From a virus (lineage: Duplodnaviria; Caudoviricetes): a stretch of 25,349 nucleotides of DNA. The notes beneath the pieces were generated by a model. The model saw nothing but the letters and a program-made list of their open reading frames with translations. It searched no databases and had not been told where the DNA came from. Below, one piece after another: positions 1 to 7,561 of the stretch; positions within the stretch are counted from its first letter, which is position 1, and each line of letters starts with the position of its first letter. The stretch covers positions 1-25,349 of IMG/VR virus record IMGVR_UViG_3300011335_000312; one strand, written 5' to 3'. A program made the translations under genes and the position numbers.

Positions 1-443
1 GGATTAAACGCAGGATCTGCAAATGTTATTGTTGCTGTAGTTCCATCACCACTGGCACCAGTTACAGCATACAAACCACCAATTCGCATGTTGTTGTTAA
101 CTCGGGCTTCGCCACCCATGCTGGTTAAAGCATCGTCTATATATAAACTACCTTGCCCAGCAGTGGCATTACCGCCTACTGCAAGCAGTCTAACATCAAA
201 GTCTGGACTGCCAGCACTACTGTGAAAGTCAGCATATGGAAAACCTGCCACTGTTCTATTTGGTTTACCAATTTCAATTCTGCCATTATCACTAACATCT
301 GTGCCAATAATAACTTGCCCGTCAGTATCAGCATCAAATGTGCCAGTTCCGTTGGTAACAAGATCACCTGTAGTGCCATCTATTGTGGCTTGGGTATCGC
401 CTACTGCAAGACCAAATTTTACTTTAAATTTTTCGTTTGCCAT
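1..443 (-). CDS. Tail fibre/virion protein, N-terminal part (3'-truncated; missing from the ORF track)
   Basis: Hand translation from ATG 443 is open to the window edge: MANEKFKVKFGLAVGDTQATIDGTTGDLVTNG...PYADFHSSAGSPDFDVRL...AVTGASGDGTTATITFADPAFN. SD TAAGGA upstream; G/T-rich beta-strand composition; directly follows the 825-aa fibre gene. Confidence 0.8.
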   Translation of the reverse strand, partial: MANEKFKVKFGLAVGDTQATIDGTTGDLVTNGTGTFDADTDGQVIIGTDVSDNGRIEIGKPNRTVAGFPYADFHSSAGSPDFDVRLLAVGGNATAGQGSLYIDDALTSMGGEARVNNNMRIGGLYAVTGASGDGTTATITFADPAFN

Positions 444-463
444 AATTCACACAATCCTTATGT

Positions 464-2941
464 TTAATCTAAACTAGTTCTTGCCACTGTAAATGTGGTA
501 GAATTAGTGCTTGCTGGTGTAGCCAAGATTCTAATTGATCCTGCACTAACATCAGCGGTAAATGTCGCTAATGCGGCACTTGAATACATTTCAGCATATG
601 TGGTAAGATACGCTGTAGCACCTTTGTAAAATGCCAAGGCTTCTAACATATGGATTTCACCTGTGACATTGTCAATAATTCTAATCACAGCCTTTTGACT
701 TGCTCGCATAGTGCTACTAACAGCAGTTGGAGTAAGTGCAGTTGTTGTGGTTGTTTGAGTGTTGATTGTAGCAACACCGTCAATAATCACTTGACTAAAA
801 GTAGCATCACTGGTTGTGTCTAAGTTTTGATTTGGCAAGTTAAAATAGTTAGTGCCATCAATAGTGTCTTGCCATCTATTGGTTGTGTCATTCCATCTAA
901 AGTTAGCATCAACACCTGCACTTACACCACTCTTAACAATTAAATTACAATCGCCAGGCGGATTAGTATCTTCATTGTTGTAGTAAATGTAGTTGCCATT
1001 AGTAGCAAGACCATTACCACCGATTACATAATCATCAGCATACAAATTACTGCTTGCTCTCCAGAAATCATATGTTTCATCCCAAGCAAATGTTTGATTA
1101 ACACCAGTAGTGCCACGCTCAATTTCAATGCCTGCTAGTCCAGTAAAAGGTATACCAGTATTGGTTGCGTTTAATAAAATTGTAGATGCAAATAAATCTA
1201 CACTATTACTGGTAGCAGTAAACAAGCGTTGTGAGCCATTAAAGAAATACAATGATAAACCAGTGCCATTTGTTAATGCTACTGCGCTACCACCTAAAGT
1301 TAAACTAACTTGACATTGAGTAGTTGTAAAGCCTGCGGCAATGACATAATATGTTGTGTTGTATGTCAAACCATTTTGTGTTGGACCAGAATATGTTAAT
1401 TTGTCACCAACTGCAAATCCGTGAACTACAGGAAACACCAAAGTGTTGCTGGTAATAATACTTGTGGCTAGGTCATTGGCAAAATTGTTTGTGCTGGTGC
1501 TTAATCTAACTTCATGATTACCTGTGGTGTCATATGCTACAGTAAAAGTGCCTATTGCCGCCGACGATTGACCGTCACTGTCAACACTTACTAATACGCC
1601 ACTGCCATCACCAGTTGTATAATTTACTGCACCAGTGTTATTACTAACTTGTGCACCAGTTTGAGTTCTTCCGTATGTTCCTGAATCACCTTGGAAGTTA
1701 GGACGATATGTAGCGTTGCTCCAAGGTATTAAATTACTGTTTGTAATAGTTGGTGTAACATCATCGCTGACATACAACAACTGTCCTTGATGCACTGGAG
1801 TTGTTAAATTAACTAAAACACCTTCAGTAGATATAGTTCCACTAAATTTACCATTACCAGTTACATCCAATGCTTCTGTGGGGCTACTATTTGCAACACC
1901 TAATCTACCACTGTTAAACCATTGATTACCACCTGTGGCATCAAACTGAAGTCTATTAACAACAGAAAATGGTGATGGTATAACAACACTATATGATATT
2001 AAATCATCGCCATCGTTGTTAGTAACTAACCAAATGCGTTCAGTGTTCTCCATGCCAATTTGGCAATAGCCATCACCACCAGCATTTACTGTAAGTTCTT
2101 GAAGTGGTGCAGTAGTATTGACACCAACTCTGTTATTAGTGGGATCTACAAATAAAGTTCCAGAATCTACATTCAATCCACCAAAACTAACGCTACTTGT
2201 TGTAGCAATGCTCTGTGGTAAACTCAGTGTCACAGCACCTGTTGAACTGCTGGCAATAACTTGATTGGCTGTGCCAGTAATTGATGTTACACCAGTGCCA
2301 CCAGGAGTGGCATTAGTAATGGTAATTGTGTTAGCATCTGTTCTACTAACAGTAATGCCTGAACCACTGGCAAACTTAATTGAATCTGTGGTTAAATCAC
2401 TGCCTACCAAATTTAAATTAGCACCACCAGTTGTTGTGCCAGCATTTATTGTATATGTAGTGCCAGTGGCATTTACTGTAACGGCACCTGTTGCACCACT
2501 AATTGATATATTTGAACCAGCAACAATACTGGTCACGCCTGTATTACTAACAACAACAGCACCAGTTGTGGGGCTTACACTAATACCTGCACCAGTACCA
2601 CTAACGCTACTGACCAATCCCAGACTACTTGGAGTTGTCCATGTTGTTACGCCCAGACCATTAGTTGTTAAAACTTGTCCTGCTATACCTGTTGAATTGG
2701 TTAAGGTATAATAGTTATTACTTAAATTACCTGTGGCGGTTAAATTGGCAAAAGTAACACTGGCACTGGTAGAAACATCTTGTCCGATATTAACTACAAC
2801 ATTACCTGTTGTTGGATTTACTGTTACACCTGTGCCACCATTTACGCTGTATACGCTACTGTTAACTACACCAGCGGTAAAACTGGTAGTGTTGCTGTAT
2901 AAACTTGTTAGGTTACTTGAAGATACTGTTCCTGTTGTCAT
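464..2941 (-). CDS. Tail fibre protein (825 aa)
   Basis: T/S/G/V-rich. Four V(T/S/Y)S(I/V)...TG(A/N)V repeats, fibre motifs TLFVDPTNNRVGVNTTAP, RLGVANSSPTEALDVTG and AGIEIERG...FAWDE. SD TAAGGA; downstream of the adaptor. Confidence 0.8.
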   Translation of the reverse strand: MTTGTVSSSNLTSLYSNTTSFTAGVVNSSVYSVNGGTGVTVNPTTGNVVVNIGQDVSTSASVTFANLTATGNLSNNYYTLTNSTGIAGQVLTTNGLGVTTWTTPSSLGLVSSVSGTGAGISVSPTTGAVVVSNTGVTSIVAGSNISISGATGAVTVNATGTTYTINAGTTTGGANLNLVGSDLTTDSIKFASGSGITVSRTDANTITITNATPGGTGVTSITGTANQVIASSSTGAVTLSLPQSIATTSSVSFGGLNVDSGTLFVDPTNNRVGVNTTAPLQELTVNAGGDGYCQIGMENTERIWLVTNNDGDDLISYSVVIPSPFSVVNRLQFDATGGNQWFNSGRLGVANSSPTEALDVTGNGKFSGTISTEGVLVNLTTPVHQGQLLYVSDDVTPTITNSNLIPWSNATYRPNFQGDSGTYGRTQTGAQVSNNTGAVNYTTGDGSGVLVSVDSDGQSSAAIGTFTVAYDTTGNHEVRLSTSTNNFANDLATSIITSNTLVFPVVHGFAVGDKLTYSGPTQNGLTYNTTYYVIAAGFTTTQCQVSLTLGGSAVALTNGTGLSLYFFNGSQRLFTATSNSVDLFASTILLNATNTGIPFTGLAGIEIERGTTGVNQTFAWDETYDFWRASSNLYADDYVIGGNGLATNGNYIYYNNEDTNPPGDCNLIVKSGVSAGVDANFRWNDTTNRWQDTIDGTNYFNLPNQNLDTTSDATFSQVIIDGVATINTQTTTTTALTPTAVSSTMRASQKAVIRIIDNVTGEIHMLEALAFYKGATAYLTTYAEMYSSAALATFTADVSAGSIRILATPASTNSTTFTVARTSLD

Positions 2942-2950
2942 AATTGTTCC

Positions 2951-4147
2951 TTATCTAACATTGTATTGACGATAAATTCGTGGCTGCCATACTGAAGTCA
3001 ATTTAGTATGACCTCCGCTCCACTTACCGAGATTGTTTTGATCTTCGACAATATTGTAAGCGTTATCATATTTCTGTGCGTATACTGCGGCATCTTCTGC
3101 ATTGTGGCGTTTGATATAATACTCACGCAGAGTAGCATATACATAACCTTCAGCCCATGTGTTTAATACAGCATTGGTCTGCACTACTTGATTAGTTATT
3201 GTAATATTAGTAACAGTTCCTGCTATAGGAGTTGAACCTCCAGTGGCTGTAATAGTAACACCAGTGCTGCCAACTAAACTTGCTACTTTGATTGTGCCAG
3301 TGCCTATACTACCAGTGCCCACTGTAGCAGTAATTGTATCACCAATACTTAATCCAGCGTTATTGACCATACCTGTAATACTTGCAGTCCATGGTCCCGT
3401 GCCGCTGATACTGCCCACTGTGCCAGTTGTGCTGACAATAGCATCTTGAACAGGGCTAAACAATAATGCCCATGCCTTATAGTAATACATGTTGATAGCA
3501 GTACCTTCACCAATTAGCGGTAAAAACTGATACTTGTTATATACTTCACTGAACTTACCACGGATAACTTGTGGCACGTTGTATGGTTGCATGTATAACT
3601 GTGATAGCATACCCTGCGTAATAATATCTCTGTCGCCAATTCGGTCATAGACTAACCAAGGTCCGTTGCCTGTGGTGCCGCCTGCTGGAGTTGAAAATGT
3701 AATAGTGCCTGTGACGTTACTGGCATTGGCTACACTTAATGTAACGATGCCACTGCCCAAGCCTGTGTTCGTAATAGTAGCACCAGCACCAATACCAGTT
3801 CCACTGACAACCATGCCAGTTGATAAGTTTTGTGCGGGGGTTGACACTAATGTTATTGTATAAGCACCACTGGTGCCTGTGGCTGTAGCAGTAGTTGTTA
3901 TTTGATTGCCTTGTCTGAAGAATACGATAGGCTTGTTCATATCACCAGGAATAGCAATTCGTCCCTGATTATCTGCTATACCAATATTTTCTGTAGCATA
4001 AGGATCACTGCGTAATGCTGGCAATTCGATATTTCTCATTGACAGTTCAGCCATAAAAATACATTTCTTTATTTCTGCGTCATTAGTGCTGCCAGTAAAA
4101 TCTTTAATAAAAGTTACCAGTTCATTGGCTGTTGGTATTACAAACAT
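2951..4147 (-). CDS. Head-tail adaptor (SU10-type podovirus adaptor) with two inserted beta domains
   Basis: Core matches the adaptor pattern I recall: N-term ELVTFIKDF...IFMAELSMRNIEL, IPGDM, YYYKA, and TNAVLNTWAEGYVYATLREYY...AVYAQKY. Position two genes after the capsid gene. Confidence 0.7.
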   Translation of the reverse strand: MFVIPTANELVTFIKDFTGSTNDAEIKKCIFMAELSMRNIELPALRSDPYATENIGIADNQGRIAIPGDMNKPIVFFRQGNQITTTATATGTSGAYTITLVSTPAQNLSTGMVVSGTGIGAGATITNTGLGSGIVTLSVANASNVTGTITFSTPAGGTTGNGPWLVYDRIGDRDIITQGMLSQLYMQPYNVPQVIRGKFSEVYNKYQFLPLIGEGTAINMYYYKAWALLFSPVQDAIVSTTGTVGSISGTGPWTASITGMVNNAGLSIGDTITATVGTGSIGTGTIKVASLVGSTGVTITATGGSTPIAGTVTNITITNQVVQTNAVLNTWAEGYVYATLREYYIKRHNAEDAAVYAQKYDNAYNIVEDQNNLGKWSGGHTKLTSVWQPRIYRQYNVR

Positions 4148-4150
4148 AGT

Positions 4151-4735
4151 TTAGTGTCCTTGAAAGAAGCGTTGTTGTCCCTGCTTGGTAGGATACGGAA
4201 CATCAACTGGAATCGGTAATTTGCCATGTGGATAGCAAACGAATTGGGGATATTCTTTTTCCACAACTCTGTAAAACTGGGCTTTAAGAGTTCTGTCATT
4301 CTTAATTGTATTCCATGGCATACCACCAAAATAGTCATCACTAATTTTAATAGCAATTACTTTTGGTAAATCTATCCATTTCCATCCAACTGTGCCATCG
4401 GGCATATACGGACCCAGCGGGTCAGTAATACCTTTTTCAGCCATTGTTCTGTATTCTTTAACAGCGTCCATGACTGCTTGTAAATTCATTTGCTCACGCT
4501 GAATATAAAACTTACCATCTTCTCTGCCAGTGGTAACTTTAATATTGCCTGTCTTGTTATAGTCGCTGCGAGTCCAATCGCCTTTCATTGCGTTGTATAA
4601 CTTGTCATTTTTTAATAACTTGTCTGCTACGCCATTGTGATTGGTAATTGTTCCGCCATGATCTTGTCTCCAGTAATCGTGATTTTTCTCTGGGTCAGTG
4701 TCATCTAAATATTCGGGTTGATTTATGTCTCTCAT
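4151..4735 (-). CDS. Conserved hypothetical phage protein following the capsid gene (194 aa)
   Basis: Long ORF filling the gap; ATG 5 nt after TATAAATA with no SD. IQREQ...WIDLP...EYPQF resembles the small post-capsid protein of aquatic podoviruses (from memory). Confidence 0.75.
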   Translation of the reverse strand: MRDINQPEYLDDTDPEKNHDYWRQDHGGTITNHNGVADKLLKNDKLYNAMKGDWTRSDYNKTGNIKVTTGREDGKFYIQREQMNLQAVMDAVKEYRTMAEKGITDPLGPYMPDGTVGWKWIDLPKVIAIKISDDYFGGMPWNTIKNDRTLKAQFYRVVEKEYPQFVCYPHGKLPIPVDVPYPTKQGQQRFFQGH

Positions 4736-4739
4736 AGTA

Positions 4740-4748
4740 TTATTTATA
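4740..4748 (-). promoter_or_regulatory. T4-late-type promoter TATAAATA(A); leaderless start
   Basis: Minus strand reads TG-TATAAATA-ATACT-ATG(4735), immediately after the capsid terminator. Confidence 0.75.
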
Positions 4749-4775
4749 CAAACAAAAGGCAGCCGAGGCTGCCTT
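4749..4775 (-). terminator. Rho-independent terminator after the major capsid gene
   Basis: Minus strand AAGGCAGC-CTCG-GCTGCCTT followed by TTGTTTG, 22 nt past the capsid stop. Confidence 0.8.
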
Positions 4776-4797
4776 AAGTTGATACTAAATCCTAATA

Positions 4798-6024
4798 TTA
4801 GGAAACAGAACCAGGTCCTGCGTTTACACGACGAACCAAGTTTGCACTACGTGGAGTAGTAACAATTGTGCTACCAGTGGTAATGTTATTTAACATACCA
4901 ATACCTGCTGGGTTGCGAACAATTAGTGTACCTTCCATAATGAACTGGTCTAATGAAGCGTCAGCTGAACTGAAAACTTCGTTATTTGGACCGAGGTCAC
5001 GTAATGATCCCCACTGCAACACGTCTTCGTTTAAGAAGTAAATGCTGTTAGTAGTACCGCTTTGATCCATAATCCATGAATCATACACTTCGTATGTGTA
5101 ACTAAAGTCACCTTCGTATGTTTGAATCGTGTCACCACGCTCAACGTTACGACGGTTAACTGATGTGTTACTGCTAACGATGTTATCACTGATAGTAGTT
5201 CTCAAACTTGTTGGAACAACCATAGTGCGGATTTTAGCATTGTAACGTTGTTCAGCAGTAGTTACCAATTGCTTGTATAACGTTGGGCTGAAAACTTGGT
5301 TTGCAAAACCACTACCATTACCTGTGTAGTAATAGTTACCGTTGGCTACAACGTATAGTGCGTTAACACCACTTGGGCTACCTGACAATTGACTTAAAGT
5401 TGTAGAACTAGAGTCACTGCTTGGGTTGTTATAGTTAGTTGTCAAACCACTTTCAGTACCACTGACGGTATTGAAAGATAGTGTGCCAGCATAACTTGCT
5501 AATGAACCCATACGACGACCTGAAGTGTTCTGGCTACCTGCTGTAGTTTGACTGTTACCAGTTGCACTACCGCTTTGACCTGAATATTGAGTTCCGATTT
5601 GGTCACTACGAACCAATTGTTGCTCAACGTCGAACATCAATTCGATTAGCTGTTTTACTTCCTGATATGCCTGGGGATCGCCACCAGATTGCATAACAGC
5701 ACGAGCAGTACCAGTGGCACCAATCGTAGTTTGGAAAATCTGCGTAAAGTTGTTTAGGTTATAACGCTGATTTGCTTCTGCATAAGTTGAACTAACACTT
5801 GCACCCTCTTGGACAGCATTAACTGCTGGTAGACGATAAATGTCGTCTGTCCATAAAGGTTGCGTAGAGTTAACCTTACGCTTTTTGCTCATACACATAT
5901 TGAGTACGGGCGTGTCATCTTTGACACGATTGGACACGTCGAGGTCCAAGTCTTTGACAACGATGTCAGTTGCAAACGCACCAGTACCATTGCCAATGTT
6001 TGTAGTTGAAATAAATCCTGCCAT
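4798..6024 (-). CDS. Major capsid protein (HK97 fold, SU10/DUF5309-like)
   Basis: DTPVLNM...WTDD...EG...NFTQIFQTTIGATGT...DVEQQL...RRMG...YEGDF...EGTLIVRNP pattern. Strong SD AAAGGAG; follows the scaffold; followed by a terminator. Confidence 0.9.
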   Translation of the reverse strand: MAGFISTTNIGNGTGAFATDIVVKDLDLDVSNRVKDDTPVLNMCMSKKRKVNSTQPLWTDDIYRLPAVNAVQEGASVSSTYAEANQRYNLNNFTQIFQTTIGATGTARAVMQSGGDPQAYQEVKQLIELMFDVEQQLVRSDQIGTQYSGQSGSATGNSQTTAGSQNTSGRRMGSLASYAGTLSFNTVSGTESGLTTNYNNPSSDSSSTTLSQLSGSPSGVNALYVVANGNYYYTGNGSGFANQVFSPTLYKQLVTTAEQRYNAKIRTMVVPTSLRTTISDNIVSSNTSVNRRNVERGDTIQTYEGDFSYTYEVYDSWIMDQSGTTNSIYFLNEDVLQWGSLRDLGPNNEVFSSADASLDQFIMEGTLIVRNPAGIGMLNNITTGSTIVTTPRSANLVRRVNAGPGSVS

Positions 6025-6042
6025 TTTTAGGCTCCTTTAAAA

Positions 6043-7194
6043 TTATCTACCACCTCTGCTCGCCTTCAATCTTTGAAGTTGAGCGACTAAGAGGTTGTCT
6101 GCGGCTTTTTTATCACCGCCTTTGGCTTGCTCACGAAGTTTGCTAATATCATCGCCTTGGTTTTTCGGTGTCGAACTACCCTTGCGTGATGTTAGTGCTG
6201 CCATAGATGATCCAGCGGATTTTGTAGTTGGCTTGTCTCTGTAGCGTAAACCGTCACGGACGAGACTTAAAAGTGCTTCGTCACTGCTGATTAGGTCTAT
6301 GTTAGGAACTCCAGGTATGATCTCGTCTTTAGCATTCTTCCAAAGTTTGCTAACCTTTTCACGAACTTCATTAAAGACATAATCGTTTTTCAACTCTTTG
6401 TCAGTAAATCCTTTACGTGCTGCTTCTAATCTCTCGGTTACTTGGTGAGCACGAACTTGTCTGAATTGGTCTACTGCAGGTTTCAACTGACCAATGGTCT
6501 GTTGTTGTTGCTGTATCCATCGCTCGTTCTGAGCCATACTCGCCTGTATCCTTGCTATCGCTGCAGGATCATCTGTTCTTGCCAACTGTTGCTGGAATGT
6601 CGTTTGATAATTTTGTGTTTTAACAATTTCATTATACGCTTCCTGTAACTTCGGTTCGACTGTAAATTCCATGGCTAAAGTTAAACCTTCTTGTCTGGCG
6701 TGTGTCTCATTGAGATACTCGTCAAACTCTGCTCGTTCTATCTTTAACTGCCTTGCATCTTCATGTATTGCTCCACCTTGACCTAATATTGCGGCTGCTT
6801 TTTTAGCATCAATAACTACTTCTTTGCCGTTCTTTAAGAACTTGAATTTAGCGTTGGGATTAGTCTCCGCAAATTCTACAAAGTCAATTAGTTCATCTGC
6901 ATTTGAATCACTACTATCAGTGCTTACCTCTTCAGGGGCATCTGCTTCGTCATCACTGCCATCACTATTATAATTTTCAGTGTCGTCAACTTCTGGCACA
7001 GCATCAATGCTGTCGTTTGCCACAGGGCTTGATGGTTGATCTGCCACCCCATCTACTCCTGTTGCAGTTGGTTTAGTAGCACTATTCTGATTACGCATGG
7101 CGGTCATTTTAGCGGCTATTGAGTCTAAACTCGGTACTGCGGCTGATTCAGTGACCGTGCTCTGTGGAGCATTAGGTATGATATCTGTTGTCAT
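6043..7194 (-). CDS. Capsid scaffolding protein
   Basis: Acidic disordered N-terminus, KFLKNGKEVVID motif, Q/E-rich coiled coil and a C-terminal helical hairpin (ISKLREQAKGGDKKAADNLL); directly upstream of the capsid gene; SD AAGGA. Confidence 0.8.
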   Translation of the reverse strand: MTTDIIPNAPQSTVTESAAVPSLDSIAAKMTAMRNQNSATKPTATGVDGVADQPSSPVANDSIDAVPEVDDTENYNSDGSDDEADAPEEVSTDSSDSNADELIDFVEFAETNPNAKFKFLKNGKEVVIDAKKAAAILGQGGAIHEDARQLKIERAEFDEYLNETHARQEGLTLAMEFTVEPKLQEAYNEIVKTQNYQTTFQQQLARTDDPAAIARIQASMAQNERWIQQQQQTIGQLKPAVDQFRQVRAHQVTERLEAARKGFTDKELKNDYVFNEVREKVSKLWKNAKDEIIPGVPNIDLISSDEALLSLVRDGLRYRDKPTTKSAGSSMAALTSRKGSSTPKNQGDDISKLREQAKGGDKKAADNLLVAQLQRLKASRGGR

Positions 7195-7206
7195 TTTAAT
7201 TTCCTT

Positions 7207-7548
7207 TTAAATATTGGGCACTTCGTTAGTGTTACCAATACGGTTTTTTAAGTAAACACTTCTTTTCAGACTGCTTACAAAACTGTCGATGCCTACAAGT
7301 TGGTTACTTAACGCAACTCTTTCAGCATTCTCGTCTGCGGTATGTCCTCTTATACTGGATAATTGGTCTGTTACCTCAAACTTAAAATGGTGTATGAACA
7401 TAGCCAGGTCCTTGTTCTTTAACAAGTTCTCTGCCTGTGTTCCATAATGTCGAACCCTGTCAGTCTGTGCTGGCGATAGGCTCTTCATATTCGTCAAATC
7501 TACATTCAATTTAGAGTTATAAAACTCTACTGTACTATCATTAATCAT
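7207..7548 (-). CDS. Conserved hypothetical helical protein between portal and scaffold (113 aa)
   Basis: GTQAENLL...F...ERVAL pattern at the position where podoviruses of this type often carry a small gene; ATG 6 nt after TAAATA. Confidence 0.75.
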   Translation of the reverse strand: MINDSTVEFYNSKLNVDLTNMKSLSPAQTDRVRHYGTQAENLLKNKDLAMFIHHFKFEVTDQLSSIRGHTADENAERVALSNQLVGIDSFVSSLKRSVYLKNRIGNTNEVPNI

Positions 7549-7553
7549 ATCTA

Positions 7554-7560
7554 TTATTTA
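7554..7560 (-). promoter_or_regulatory. TAAATAA late-type promoter; leaderless start
   Basis: Minus strand TAA(portal stop)-C-TAAATA-ATAGAT-ATG(7548); no SD. Confidence 0.7.
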
Positions 7561-7561
7561 G

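Noticed and set aside
4736-4748. TAAATA read as an archaeal/eukaryotic TATA box or poxvirus late promoter
   Set aside because: TATA boxes lie about 25 nt upstream of the start, not 5-6 nt, and poxvirus TAAATG includes the ATG. SD sequences and a peptidoglycan hydrolase indicate a bacterial host.
4780-4806. Possible +1 frameshift at the capsid stop (TCC TAA)
   Set aside because: The +1 frame closes after four codons (TAG) and a terminator follows, so no extension domain exists.
4886-4892. TAAATAA inside the capsid coding sequence
   Set aside because: It encodes LNN and has no suitably placed gene start. Treated as background, and it shows the motif can occur by chance.
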